A DNA stretch of 63,972 nucleotides, filler included, from Gemmatimonadota bacterium (GTDB taxonomy: Bacteria; 4572-55; J002): NCBI GenBank assembly GCA_003697105.1. It is 4 parts of 4 records of this genome, joined end to end, with 100 filler letters (N's around TTAATTAATTAA, not from the genome) between each part and the next. Parts side by side here need not be neighbours in the genome. Positions count along the whole stretch, not along the records: positions 1 to 21,986 come from RFFQ01000167.1; positions 22,087 to 34,833 come from RFFQ01000172.1; 2 more parts are not named here. One strand, given 5' to 3'. A model generated the notes under the pieces. That model saw nothing but the letters and a program-made list of their open reading frames with translations. It had not been told where the DNA came from and did no database searches. Of the stretch, positions 19,888 to 30,551 are shown one piece after another (within the stretch, counting starts at the first letter, position 1; the number at the start of each line of letters is the position of its first letter). Position numbers and translations under genes: made by a program.

Positions 19888-21864
19888 TTAGATCACCCGG
19901 TCATTACCGCCATCAACCGGAATTTGAGCGCCGGTCGTTTTGGCGAACGGTGCGCCCAGCACCGCACAGGCTAACCGTGCCACATCCGCGGAGGTGACTT
20001 CCGTTTTGAGCAGGTTATTGGTTTTATATGCTTCGACCGTCATTTTATAGCGTTTAGCGCGGCTTTCCAAGACCTCCGGTGTCCACAATCCGGTGTCAAA
20101 CACGGCGTTGGGGTGCAACACATTAACCCGGATTCCCAATGCCGCACATTCCAGCGCGGCGACCCGGGCTAACTGGGTCAAACCGGCTTTTGCTACCGAA
20201 TATGCCCCCGCGCCGGGACCCGGTGCCGGTACATTTTTGGAGGCGATAAAAACCACGGCGGGATCGATTCCGTGCGTTAAAAAAGGCAGGCAGGCTTGCA
20301 ATACTCGCTGGTGGCTGGTCAGATTGAGTTCCAGACTCCGTTGCCACGTTTCGCCATCCATTTCGGCGAGGGTTTGGCTGCTGGGGAAGATACCGGCGTT
20401 GCTGATTAGCATATCCAGCCCACCAAATTGCCGGATGGTGGTTTCCAGTGCGTGTTGTACCGCTTCCGGATCGGTGACATCGCTTGTGATCCCTAAAATA
20501 GAGTTGGATTCAAACATTGCCGGTGTTTGGGGGTTAGTGTCCAACGCCACCACCACCGCCCCCCGCCGGGCAAGCTCTTCAGTACACGCTTTTCCAATTC
20601 CACTAGCGGCACCGGTGACGAGCGCGGTTTTACCCTGAAATTCTGGGGACGTACCCCCTTTGCGCAACTTGGCTTGTTCTAACTCCCAATATTCCACATC
20701 AAAAATTTCTTTTTCGGGGAGGGCTTTCCATGTCGCCAGTGCTTCTCCCCACTGAATCGCGCGGATGGTATGTTCAACGATATCCGAGACGATCCCGATC
20801 TCCTTCACGGTTTGTCCGAAGCTGACCGTACCGTGTTTTTTCCAGACCGCCCACCGGGGGGCGGGGTCTAAACACGTTAATGTCCCGTCCGTGTTCCGGT
20901 CAAAATATTTTTGATATTTATCAACAAATTTTGTCACGTCTTCTTCCACATCGGATTCAATGATTGCCGCGGTGCGTTTGGTGCGGATCACATGATCTGG
21001 GGTGAGCGGGCCACGAGTCGCGAGGGTGCCCACATCGGAAAGTCCAGAAAAACCGACTGCCTCCGGTTGTTGATTTATTCGGGCGAGCATGGCATGACCC
21101 TTTGCCCGGGAGACCGCTTTGCGCAACCGTGCCAAATCCTCTAAAGGTAGGGGTACGGTAGGTTCTGCCGTTACCACGGCATCGGTGGCACGTTGGGCAT
21201 AAAGGTATTGCTCTGCTTCATCGACCAATTGAATCATGTTTTCGTAGCTGGTACGGGCATCATCTGCAAAGGTGAACACACCATGATTCAGTAAGATCAA
21301 CCCTTTCAGGGAGTTCCAATCGATGTCGTGTGTCATTTCATAGATTTTTTTTGCCAGTACGAAACCGGGCATGACGTAGGGGATAATCAACACGCGTTCT
21401 CCATAAATTTCGCGAATGCGCTCTTCACCGCTGGGTGTATTCGAGATCGCCACAACCGCGTCTGCATGGGTATGATCCACAAATGCAAACGGAATCACCG
21501 CATGCAAAATTGCCTCAACAGAGGGGTTGGGAGCCGTGGGGTCAATCATCGAGACCCGTTGTGCTTTAACCATTTCGGTATCGCTCAGTTCGTCCAACCC
21601 AATCAGGCGTTGTAACTCATTTAATCGGCAAGGCGCAAAACCGGCGGCTTCAATGGTGGCTAAATCCCAACCGCTACCTTTTACGTACAAAATATCTTCC
21701 GACTCTCCAAATCGATTTTTCACCTGTGTTTTTACGGATGTGTTCCCGCCGCCATGCATCACTAACGTCTGATCTCGTCCAAGCAGGCGGGAGGTATAGA
21801 CCCGTAGCGCAAGGGGATCGCCACCAAATGAGGCGGCTTCCTCGTCATTCCATAAACTTTTCAT
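19888..21864 (-). CDS. Bifunctional class II aldolase / short-chain dehydrogenase (RhaD-SDR-like fusion)
   Basis: HGGGNTSVK, KGSGWDL, PSVEAILH and HTHAD aldolase motifs; TGAASGIG, NAG and YSVAK SDR motifs. Confidence 0.9.
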   Translation of the reverse strand: MKSLWNDEEAASFGGDPLALRVYTSRLLGRDQTLVMHGGGNTSVKTQVKNRFGESEDILYVKGSGWDLATIEAAGFAPCRLNELQRLIGLDELSDTEMVKAQRVSMIDPTAPNPSVEAILHAVIPFAFVDHTHADAVVAISNTPSGEERIREIYGERVLIIPYVMPGFVLAKKIYEMTHDIDWNSLKGLILLNHGVFTFADDARTSYENMIQLVDEAEQYLYAQRATDAVVTAEPTVPLPLEDLARLRKAVSRAKGHAMLARINQQPEAVGFSGLSDVGTLATRGPLTPDHVIRTKRTAAIIESDVEEDVTKFVDKYQKYFDRNTDGTLTCLDPAPRWAVWKKHGTVSFGQTVKEIGIVSDIVEHTIRAIQWGEALATWKALPEKEIFDVEYWELEQAKLRKGGTSPEFQGKTALVTGAASGIGKACTEELARRGAVVVALDTNPQTPAMFESNSILGITSDVTDPEAVQHALETTIRQFGGLDMLISNAGIFPSSQTLAEMDGETWQRSLELNLTSHQRVLQACLPFLTHGIDPAVVFIASKNVPAPGPGAGAYSVAKAGLTQLARVAALECAALGIRVNVLHPNAVFDTGLWTPEVLESRAKRYKMTVEAYKTNNLLKTEVTSADVARLACAVLGAPFAKTTGAQIPVDGGNDRVI

Positions 21865-21986
21865 CAGATTTCATCCTCTTTACCTAAAACAATACCTTCG
21901 CCAAAAGTGACCTTTTAGGCTGTATGAATAGCGCCAATTCCGGCGAGATGGTTTTTGATTTGTTGAATTAAAATTGGGTGAGCCAA

Positions 21987-22086
21987 NNNNNNNNNNNNNN
22001 NNNNNNNNNNNNNNNNNNNNNNNNNNNNNNTTAATTAATTAANNNNNNNNNNNNNNNNNNNNNNNNNNNNNNNNNNNNNNNNNNNN
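21987..22086. other. Artificial contig-joining spacer
   Basis: 44 N + TTAATTAATTAA (stops in all six frames) + 44 N. Confidence 0.98.
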
Positions 22087-22125
22087 TATTCTTAAAACGG
22101 CTCGGTAAAGGGTCAATGTTTCCAT
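22087..22125 (-). CDS. N-terminal fragment of a CDS truncated by the contig edge
   Basis: GGAG SD then ATG at 22125; reads METLTLYRAVLRI, open into the N spacer. Confidence 0.4.
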
Positions 22126-22506
22126 CGCTACTCCACGAATGAGGGGTCAAGTAAATTGAGATGGAAAAATCTAAACCAAATCAAAGCGCAACTTTTTGTT
22201 GATAATAAATGAGTTAAATAGCTTTTGTCAGTCAATCAGGACCCATAACATTGATAACTGGCTGACAAGTAACAACTTAATTTTTAACATTGGTCAATGT
22301 GGGTTGTACGGATACTGCCAATTAAGTTCCCTCACCGTTGTTGGGCATACGGGGGATATTGCGTTTTTCCGCTCCCATAATTGGCGCCGGCACTCTGACG
22401 CCCTTTAGGAGTGGCTTGGTGTAAAACTGTTGACAGGATGTCAGTTTCGCCCTATGTATAGCACCTTCTGGCTAGCACATTTCGCTGTATTAACGGAGTG
22501 ATTTTG

Positions 22507-23241
22507 ATGAGTACATCTTCTTCGTCACATGAAAAAAATCCGCCTCGTGACCGCGTTTGGCTAATGTTTGACCGCATTGCCCATCGCTACGATCTATTGA
22601 ATCGATTATTATCCTTAGGGCAAGATATTGTCTGGCGGCAGCGTGTGGCGCAATATCTGCCGGAAAAGTCCCCTCTGCATCTGTTGGATATGGCGACTGG
22701 CACCGCAGACCAATTGCTGATGATGTATGGCAAAACAGACCGTATCACTTCGGCGGTTGGGATGGATATGTCGGAGCAAATGCTGGCAGTGGGGCGGAAC
22801 AAAATTCGGGAGCGTCATCTGGAACATATAATGACGCTCCAAACGGGTGATGCTACCCAAATTCCAGCACCGGATCAGACATTTGATGTGGTAACGATCT
22901 CCTTTGGTATCCGCAACGTGAGCGATGTGGATCAAGCCCTGCGGGAGATGTACCGGGTTCTCAAACCAGCGGGTCGCGCATTAATCTTGGAATTCTCACT
23001 GCCGCAAAATCGATTTTTGCGGGGGGTTTATCTCTTTTATTTTCGATATGTGTTGCCCGTTATTGGTGGCATGATTTCTGGAGACCGGTATGCCTACAAT
23101 TACCTCAATAAGACCGTGGAGACTTTTCCCTATGGCGAAGCGTTTTGCCAACGGATGCGTTCTGCCGGATTTATCGCTGTTCAAGCGAATCCGCTCACAT
23201 TTGGGATTGCCACCATTTATCAAGGTGATAAAGCAAGCTAA
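22507..23241 (+). CDS. menG: Demethylmenaquinone methyltransferase (UbiE/MenG)
   Basis: MFDRIAHRYDLLNRLLSLG, LDMATGTAD, FGIRNV, EMYRVLKP and LEFS motifs; next to menB. Confidence 0.93.
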   Translation: MSTSSSSHEKNPPRDRVWLMFDRIAHRYDLLNRLLSLGQDIVWRQRVAQYLPEKSPLHLLDMATGTADQLLMMYGKTDRITSAVGMDMSEQMLAVGRNKIRERHLEHIMTLQTGDATQIPAPDQTFDVVTISFGIRNVSDVDQALREMYRVLKPAGRALILEFSLPQNRFLRGVYLFYFRYVLPVIGGMISGDRYAYNYLNKTVETFPYGEAFCQRMRSAGFIAVQANPLTFGIATIYQGDKAS

Positions 23242-23282
23242 CAACTTCCATATTTTATTCGGTTTAGAAAGGAGTTATCGGC

Positions 23283-24104
23283 ATGAGTCAATTTGATTGG
23301 ATTGAAGCCGGTCAATATGAAGATATTAAATATCACAAGTTTGATGGGATTGCCAAAATTACGATTAATCGCCCGCAGGTGCGGAATGCATTTCGCCCGT
23401 TAACCGTCATGGAGATGTCCCAAGCGTTGCAGGATGCCCGCTACGATGCCAATATTGGGGTCATTATCCTGACCGGAGAAGGCGAAAAAGCTTTTTGTTC
23501 CGGGGGCGATCAAAAAATTCGGGGAGAGGCAGGTTATGTGGATGAGAGCGGTATCCATCACTTAAATGTCCTTGATTTTCAACGACAAATCCGAACATGC
23601 CCCAAACCGGTGATTGCCATGGTTGCCGGTTATGCGGTTGGCGGAGGTCACGTGTTGCACCTGATGTGTGACCTGACCATCGCGGCAGATAATGCCATTT
23701 TCGGACAGACGGGTCCAAAAGTAGGGTCATTTGACGGTGGTTACGGGGCCAGCTATATGGCTCGGATTGTAGGGCAAAAAAAAGCGCGGGAAATCTGGTT
23801 TTTATGCCGCCAGTATAATGCCCAACAAGCGCTGGAGATGGGGTTAGTCAATACGGTGGTACCGTATGCGGATTTGGAGGCGGAAACGGTACAATGGTGT
23901 CGTGAAATCTTGGCAAATTCTCCGATGGCAATCCGGTGCTTGAAAGCCGCTCTCAATGCAGATTGTGACGGTCAAGCCGGATTACAGGAACTTGCCGGCA
24001 ATGCCACCATGCTATTTTACATGACTGAAGAGGGTCAAGAAGGCAAAAATGCCTTTTTGGAAAAGCGCAAACCGGATTTCTCCAAATTCACCCGGCGTCC
24101 ATAG
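23283..24104 (+). CDS. menB: 1,4-dihydroxy-2-naphthoyl-CoA synthase
   Basis: [28 protein letters not shown] and [13 protein letters not shown] motifs. Confidence 0.98.
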   Translation: MSQFDWIEAGQYEDIKYHKFDGIAKITINRPQVRNAFRPLTVMEMSQALQDARYDANIGVIILTGEGEKAFCSGGDQKIRGEAGYVDESGIHHLNVLDFQRQIRTCPKPVIAMVAGYAVGGGHVLHLMCDLTIAADNAIFGQTGPKVGSFDGGYGASYMARIVGQKKAREIWFLCRQYNAQQALEMGLVNTVVPYADLEAETVQWCREILANSPMAIRCLKAALNADCDGQAGLQELAGNATMLFYMTEEGQEGKNAFLEKRKPDFSKFTRRP

Positions 24105-24183
24105 TGTTAGGGTGCTTGGAAGGACGGCTGCCTCTCTGTTACGGATTGGCAGCCGTTTTCAGAGGTACAAGCGATACTCGCCG

Positions 24184-26394
24184 TTATCGCAATAAAAGCA
24201 TGGTTCGGGTTTCGGTGTTTGTGGGGGTTTCCAGCCGGTAGAAATACGTGCCGCTGGGGACGTTCCGTTGTAAGTTGTCTCGCCCGTCCCACTGTTGATG
24301 ATAATGACCCGCTTCCCGCCAGGTGTTCTCTAGGGTACGCACCAAGCGACCGCTTAGATCGTAAATACTCAACTGGATTTGACCGGCGTGAGGTAAATCA
24401 AAACCAATTGTGGTGTTCGGGTTAAAAGGGTTGGGATAATTCGGGTACAACCGGCTTGTCTGGGGTAGCTGAATAGCGGTAATTTCGGTAGTGACTGCAA
24501 CCGTTTCATCATATTCAAACAGATACAGTCCGGCTCCAGAATCGGCGAAATAGACAACGCCAGCATTCACAAAAATGCCCACTGCCGAACCCGGTGTGTT
24601 GTAATAGCCAACCTCCACCGGTTGGGTGGGATCGCTGACATCCACCACCCGTAAGCCGTGATCGTAATGCGCCATATACGCGAGTCCGTTTTCCACATGC
24701 ACTGCTAAATCGTAGTTGCAGCAGCCGTAATTCCCGATTGCCAGATCGTATGTAGCGGTTCGTACAGGCTGTGCTGGGTCACTCACGTCAAAAATCCACA
24801 AACCGGTGGCATTGGCGACATAAGCATATTGTCCTTCCACAAAAATACTATATGACCCCTGTGAATCATCTTCAATTTCCCAGAAACCGGCTTCACTGAT
24901 GTTTGCCGGATCGCTGACATCCATGATGCGCAATCCGCTGGAAGGGGGGAAGCCGGTACGCTGTTCCACCAAATAGGCATAATCGCCTTGCACCATCACA
25001 TCCCATACATCCCAATAGAGATCGTCGTAGGCGCTGGTTTCGGTGATATTCGCCGGATCGCTCACATCGAGGATGCGAAACCCAGCGTAATTATCAGCAA
25101 TGTAGGCGTAATCCCCTTCGACAAAAATGCCTTGAGCCTGTCCGGGGGAGATGTACACGCCTGTTTCAATGGGATTTTCGGGGTTACTGACATCCACAAC
25201 ATGGACACCCTGCCCCAAATCGGTCATGTAAACCGTTTGGTCGATGGCGTAAATATCGGAGGTTGAACTGGAAACATCAAAATAGCCCTCTTCAAAGGGC
25301 TGTGCCATATCACGAACATTGATAATTCGTAAGCCGGTAAATTCGTCCGCGACATACGCGTAATCCCCTAGGGTGGTCACCGCTTTTGCCAAGCTCGGCG
25401 TATTGAAATTTCCCATATCAACCGGATTGGTGGGGTCTGTAACATCGAGGATTTGAGTTCCCCAAAAGTCATCGGCGACATATACCCGTTGATTGACGGC
25501 GTGTAGCCCTCGTGCAAATTCCAAAGCCGGGTAAATGCCCACTTCCTGCGGGGTGGTTGGGTCACTGATGTCGATCACCCGTATTCCATAGGCAAAATCC
25601 GCCAGATAGGCATAATTTGCTTCGACCGAAACGCTAAGAATCCAGCCGGGGGTATCGAATGCGCCTACTTCCATGGGATGTGCTGGGTCGCTAATATCCA
25701 CTATCCGCAGGCCGGTGTAATAATCCGCAATGTAAGCGTAATCACCGACAACCTGTATATCCTGCGCCAGTCCGGGCGTGTCGTAAAAGCCAATTTCCAC
25801 CGGTTCCGTTTTATCCTGGACATCAATGATGCGTAACCCGTAGTAATCATCGGCGATATAGGCATACGTACCGGTCACATATACCTGCTTCGCGTAACCC
25901 TGTGTTTGGAATGTGCCCAATGGTTGCGGGTGAGCCGGATCGCTAATATCCAAGATGTGGAGCATGCCGGCAACAGGCCACGCTTCGCTTTGTTCGGTAA
26001 GGTAGGCATAATCTCCGGCGACAAATACGCCGTGTGCTAAACCGGGAGTATCGTACGATGCCACTTCAACCGGATGTTCGGGATCACGCACCTCAATAAT
26101 ACTCAAACCGAAACGGTCATCGGCGAGGTAAGCATAGTCTCCGGCTTTATGAACCCGTTTTGCCAAGCCGGGCGTATCAAATGATCCAACTTGATGTGCC
26201 TGATCCGGATCGCCAATCTCCACAATGGAAAAAAGACCGGTTGCCGCTACGTAGGCATAATTTCCCTCCACAAAAACGTCTGCTGGCAACCCACCGGCAA
26301 ATTGCCCAATCGTATTGACATTCCAACTTTCTTCGGCATAACCCACCGCTATTAAACAGATCAGAACCAGTGCCATGAATGCACGTTTTGGCAT
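24184..26394 (-). CDS. Secreted LVIVD-repeat beta-propeller protein with FlgD-Ig/T9SS C-terminal domain
   Basis: About 14 repeats of GDYAYIAD..GLRIIDVSDP..P.EVG.YDTPG; C-terminal NYPNPFNP...PSGTYFYRL; AAGGAG SD before ATG 26394. Confidence 0.9.
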   Translation of the reverse strand: MPKRAFMALVLICLIAVGYAEESWNVNTIGQFAGGLPADVFVEGNYAYVAATGLFSIVEIGDPDQAHQVGSFDTPGLAKRVHKAGDYAYLADDRFGLSIIEVRDPEHPVEVASYDTPGLAHGVFVAGDYAYLTEQSEAWPVAGMLHILDISDPAHPQPLGTFQTQGYAKQVYVTGTYAYIADDYYGLRIIDVQDKTEPVEIGFYDTPGLAQDIQVVGDYAYIADYYTGLRIVDISDPAHPMEVGAFDTPGWILSVSVEANYAYLADFAYGIRVIDISDPTTPQEVGIYPALEFARGLHAVNQRVYVADDFWGTQILDVTDPTNPVDMGNFNTPSLAKAVTTLGDYAYVADEFTGLRIINVRDMAQPFEEGYFDVSSSTSDIYAIDQTVYMTDLGQGVHVVDVSNPENPIETGVYISPGQAQGIFVEGDYAYIADNYAGFRILDVSDPANITETSAYDDLYWDVWDVMVQGDYAYLVEQRTGFPPSSGLRIMDVSDPANISEAGFWEIEDDSQGSYSIFVEGQYAYVANATGLWIFDVSDPAQPVRTATYDLAIGNYGCCNYDLAVHVENGLAYMAHYDHGLRVVDVSDPTQPVEVGYYNTPGSAVGIFVNAGVVYFADSGAGLYLFEYDETVAVTTEITAIQLPQTSRLYPNYPNPFNPNTTIGFDLPHAGQIQLSIYDLSGRLVRTLENTWREAGHYHQQWDGRDNLQRNVPSGTYFYRLETPTNTETRTMLLLR

Positions 26395-26667
26395 TGCAAC
26401 TCCTTTCAATCTAAAATATGGGGATGACAACCTGAGGCAGGGTTTACTGAGGATGGCACCAATATAGACTTCAGGTATCACGAGACTATCACAGTGGTTC
26501 GCGGTAAAATCTTTAGGTTGTGTGATATATCCGTGATACTTCACCGCTACTTTCTGCATCGAAATTGAAATGGTTTTTTTGTTCTATTTGGGTTTCACTG
26601 TTTTCAATCTGCCGCAGTGGAATCGTAGTTATTTGGCAGATACTATCAACAGAGGAGTGATATTCCG

Positions 26668-27324
26668 ATGAAACCGTTGTTTTTAACTGTAACGCTGGCA
26701 GTAACGTTGATGTTTTCAGTGTCGTGGGCACAAAAGAGTAAGGTGACCGAAGGGCAACCGGAGCGTTCGGTCGCAAAAATCAAAATTGATGCTCCCGCAC
26801 CGGATTTTACGTTGACCGATGCCACCGGCAAGACGTATTCGTTGTCGGATTTCAAGGGGAAATATGTTGTATTAGAATGGGTCAACTTTGGCTGTCCCTT
26901 TGTTCGTAAACACTATGACACCAATAACATGCAACAACTGCAAAAAACGTACACGGAAAAAGGGGTTGTGTGGTTGGCTATTTGTTCTTCTGCCAAAGGT
27001 AAGCAAGGCTATTATAGCGGCGACGAGTTGACGAAACAACTGAAAAAAGAGAAATTCGCCGGAACTGCGTATTTGATCGATGAAGATGGCACGGTGGGTA
27101 AGCTGTACAGTGCGAAAACCACGCCCCATATGTACGTTATTGACCCTGATGGTAATCTGATTTACATGGGCGCTATTGATAGCATGCCTTCCGCCAAAAA
27201 AGAGGATGTCAAGAGTGCCACAAATTACGTTGCCGCCGCACTGGATGCCGCTATGGAAGGTATGCCGGTGGAAACCAAAGCCACGAAGGCTTACGGATGT
27301 TCTGTTAAATATGGCAGTAAATAA
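26668..27324 (+). CDS. Exported thioredoxin-like/redoxin protein
   Basis: Signal peptide; APDFTL, VLEWVNFGCPFV, AKTTPHMYVID and AYGCSVKY motifs. Confidence 0.88.
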   Translation: MKPLFLTVTLAVTLMFSVSWAQKSKVTEGQPERSVAKIKIDAPAPDFTLTDATGKTYSLSDFKGKYVVLEWVNFGCPFVRKHYDTNNMQQLQKTYTEKGVVWLAICSSAKGKQGYYSGDELTKQLKKEKFAGTAYLIDEDGTVGKLYSAKTTPHMYVIDPDGNLIYMGAIDSMPSAKKEDVKSATNYVAAALDAAMEGMPVETKATKAYGCSVKYGSK

Positions 27325-27384
27325 TCGATATTACCGCAAGGTATGGTAACATGCTCCGTTCGTATTTCCGGCAGTAGCCGTATG

Positions 27385-27427
27385 GCAAAAAGCCCTACAT
27401 CTTTAGTGATGGTGCAGGGCTTTTTGC
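27385..27427. terminator. Bidirectional rho-independent terminator
   Basis: GCAAAAAGCCCT...AGGGCTTTTTGC inverted repeat between convergent genes. Confidence 0.8.
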
Positions 27428-27463
27428 TGAGTTATCAAACGATTGAGCTTGATGGTTTCCGGC

Positions 27464-29527
27464 TTATGACCCCAATAGCTCTTGCACGAGATGAGGGGCG
27501 CCATAAATTTTATCAAGCACTTCAAGCATGATCGCTGGATGTACCGCGACAGAACGCCCTTGCTCGGCATTATAAATATACGTGCTGATGATGGACTCAA
27601 TGTTGCCATCAAAGATCAACCCCACCAATTTCCCCTCCCGGTTCACTACCGGACTGCCAGAATTCCCACCGACCACATCGGCTTCCAGCACAAAATTGTA
27701 GGGTGTGCGTAAATTCAGTTGCTCTTCGGCTTCCCGGTACCGTTGGGGCAACTGAAAGGGGAATTGGTTATTAAACCCGTATGCCCGGTCAAACAGACCG
27801 TAGAGTGTGGTTTGATACGGCGCAACCGTACCATTGTAGGGGTAGCCGGAAACGGTGCCAAAGGACAAGCGTAGGGTAAAATTCGCGTCGGGAGGCAGCT
27901 CACTGCCGTGTTGTTGAAACATAAGGTCTGCCAATAGACTGCCTTGGGTTTCTATAACACTTTTGACCTGATTTTTGTATTGCTCGTGGTATTGACGTAA
28001 CATGGGAACGACGCGCCGTGCTAGGACGATCAGCGGGTCTGTGGAGGCTTCCACCGCCGCGACACCCCCTTCGACTAATTCCCGGCGATATGCCGCATCC
28101 ACCAACCGACTATTCAAGATGGCCTCTTGTGCTACATCCCGTGGAGGCTTGCCCTCAAACAGCGTTTGTACAAAGGGGTCATCCTTGCCCAGTTCATCCG
28201 CGATAAATTGGAAGCGTTCGCCGAACAAAAACGCCTCTTTTTCCGCATAGACCGGTGCTTCCGAGAAGACCTCATATGCCAGTGATTCCAAATTGGAGTC
28301 CCGATAATCTTCTAGCCGTTCTTCATTTGGTTTTTCGATTTCCGTGACCCATTCCACAATTGTACGAGCCTTCCCAATCAGTGATCCTTTCCAGCCGAAC
28401 AATCGATCTTCCACAAAATGATGTTTGTAGAAAGTTTCAAAGTTGCTGTAAGCTTGGTCAATATCATTCCATAAATTGCCATAGGTAGCCGCCAGGGCAG
28501 GGTCTGTCTGGACAAAATCTCGCAAGGCTTGTTCCCGCCGAATCTGTTGGTTAAAAATGGTAGAATCGTTTAGCCCTACTGCCCAACTACCGACCCGCTT
28601 GAGCATATTTTCCACAAAGGCATGGTCGGGACGGGCTTGGCGGGCTTGTTCCATGCCTCGTGCCTCGTAAGCATAAACCGCTTGCCGGAGTACTTGCAGT
28701 TCGCGCAGTTGAAATGGAATCAGGTAATCCCGGTCGAATGCCATTTGAGTGACCGTTTGCAACCGGCGCGTATTTCCCGGATGCCCCGAGACAAAGACGA
28801 GCTCTTTGTTGGTGGCGCCTTCAGGGTTCCATTGTAGAAAATGCTCGGCTTTTAGCGGTTTTTCGTTTTCGTAAATGCGGAAGAGGGCAAAATCCAGCGA
28901 CCAACGCGGGTAGGTGTAATTATCCAAGTCGCCACCGAAGTAGGCTGTGAACATTTCCGGGGCAAATACCAACCGGATGTCGGTATAACGGCGGTATCCA
29001 TAGAGCTTAAATTGACTACCGTTATATAACTCTACCACTTCATACACGAGGTCGCCTTGTGCATTTGCCGCTTGCTCTATCCGGGCGATTTCGGCATCGC
29101 GGGCGGTTTTGATCGCGGTGGGATCGGTCAGATGTGCCGCCGCTTGGTGTACCTGTTCGGTGATATTTTCAATCGAGTAGAGTATATCAATTTCCAGATC
29201 GGTTGTCGGGATTTCGTCTGTATAGGAATGCGCGATAAATCCATTGGCGATATAATCGTTCTCCGGGGTGGAAAGTTTCTGAATCTGTCCAAACCCGACA
29301 TGGTAGTTTGTTAGCACTAAGCCATTGGCGGAGACAATCGACCCGGAACCGCCATCATTCAGGCGGCACGACGAGCGTTGGACATGATCCAACCACTCTG
29401 GAGTGAGTTCAAAGGAATACTGCTGTTTCAGATAATCTACTGGGGGTTGGTCAAATGTCCAGAAGCCCTCTTCAGCAAATAACTGGGGTGAGAGCATCAA
29501 TATTATCAATATGATTGCGCGATTCAT
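27464..29527 (-). CDS. S46 family dipeptidyl peptidase (DPP7-like)
   Basis: EEGFW, GSGSIVS..GLVLTNYHV, FGGDLDNYTYPR, DANFTLRL, GGNSGSP and FDGN motifs. Confidence 0.93.
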   Translation of the reverse strand: MNRAIILIILMLSPQLFAEEGFWTFDQPPVDYLKQQYSFELTPEWLDHVQRSSCRLNDGGSGSIVSANGLVLTNYHVGFGQIQKLSTPENDYIANGFIAHSYTDEIPTTDLEIDILYSIENITEQVHQAAAHLTDPTAIKTARDAEIARIEQAANAQGDLVYEVVELYNGSQFKLYGYRRYTDIRLVFAPEMFTAYFGGDLDNYTYPRWSLDFALFRIYENEKPLKAEHFLQWNPEGATNKELVFVSGHPGNTRRLQTVTQMAFDRDYLIPFQLRELQVLRQAVYAYEARGMEQARQARPDHAFVENMLKRVGSWAVGLNDSTIFNQQIRREQALRDFVQTDPALAATYGNLWNDIDQAYSNFETFYKHHFVEDRLFGWKGSLIGKARTIVEWVTEIEKPNEERLEDYRDSNLESLAYEVFSEAPVYAEKEAFLFGERFQFIADELGKDDPFVQTLFEGKPPRDVAQEAILNSRLVDAAYRRELVEGGVAAVEASTDPLIVLARRVVPMLRQYHEQYKNQVKSVIETQGSLLADLMFQQHGSELPPDANFTLRLSFGTVSGYPYNGTVAPYQTTLYGLFDRAYGFNNQFPFQLPQRYREAEEQLNLRTPYNFVLEADVVGGNSGSPVVNREGKLVGLIFDGNIESIISTYIYNAEQGRSVAVHPAIMLEVLDKIYGAPHLVQELLGS

Positions 29528-29564
29528 ATGCGGGTCTCCACAATTTAGATGTTGAATTTTGGCT

Positions 29565-30551
29565 TCAAATGAGAAAAAAGAGTTCTTCGATCACGACCAC
29601 GCAGAGCCGGACGAGGATGCTGACCACGACCAGCAGTAAAAGGGTAGTGCGTAGCCCCCGCCGGAGCATCCAATGGGCGATCAATCCGGGAATAATTGAG
29701 CCGATCACGCGTAGTTCCAGTTCTGTGCCTGCCGTCCCACTACCGAGTGCCAGCGCGGGTGCGGCGTCCATCAGGTGGACAAAGAAAAAACCAAGTAAAA
29801 TGCAGATCACCATTTGCCGCCGCCCGTAAATAAACGCAATTTGGCTAATACCCCAGCGGACGACCCCATAAATCAGCACGGCAACGAGGAGCGTCGGGAC
29901 GATGGAGAGGAGTTTTGTACCGACTTCACCAATTGCCCCGGCGTTGTGGAGGGTCATCGCGATATAGCCCGGTACCACAATGCCGCCTGCCATCAAGTTG
30001 AAAAATTCCTCCCCAATGGCAAAATTGAGCAGAATACCGATACCGATGGCGATCCACATGAGTACTTCTTTACTGGAGATGGCTACGAAATAATCGAGTT
30101 CGGGGAAGGTCTCGCCGCCACGCATCAAAATTAAGGTGAGCCGGATCAGGATTGCCGCGACCAGCATCATGGAGATGGTCTGCATCACCCCGTTGCGCAC
30201 CATCCAATACGCCAGCAGACCCGGAATAATGTACCCCACTGGATAGAGCGGAATGATGAGGTCACCTATAACCCACTGTTGGATCAAAAAATGGTTGGGA
30301 ATGCTCAGGATAAAACCAAACAGCATACACAGAATAATTTGCCGCCGTCCGAAAAGAAACACAAAGTTGGAGAGCGCCCGAATCAGGTAATAGACCACAA
30401 GGGCAATCAAGATGGAGACAATGACACTGGAGGGTTGGTGAAGCATCAATGCCATATATCCGGGCACAATCATACCACCGGAAGCAAGCCCGAAAAACTC
30501 CGTGAAGATCAAGCTTAATAAAAATCCGAGGGAGAGTGCTTGTTCGATCAT
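29565..30551 (-). CDS. pgsC: Poly-gamma-glutamate synthesis protein PgsC/CapC, two domains fused in tandem
   Basis: Two copies of GG(M/I)(I/V)VPGY(M/I)A...(F/Y)GRRQ...G(Y/S)IIPGL(L/I)A.WM; overlaps the pgsB stop. Confidence 0.88.
   Translation of the reverse strand: MIEQALSLGFLLSLIFTEFFGLASGGMIVPGYMALMLHQPSSVIVSILIALVVYYLIRALSNFVFLFGRRQIILCMLFGFILSIPNHFLIQQWVIGDLIIPLYPVGYIIPGLLAYWMVRNGVMQTISMMLVAAILIRLTLILMRGGETFPELDYFVAISSKEVLMWIAIGIGILLNFAIGEEFFNLMAGGIVVPGYIAMTLHNAGAIGEVGTKLLSIVPTLLVAVLIYGVVRWGISQIAFIYGRRQMVICILLGFFFVHLMDAAPALALGSGTAGTELELRVIGSIIPGLIAHWMLRRGLRTTLLLLVVVSILVRLCVVVIEELFFLI

Noticed and set aside
22031-22042. TTAATTAATTAA palindrome recurring three times
   Set aside because: It is always embedded in 44-N flanks and is an assembly linker, not a genomic motif.
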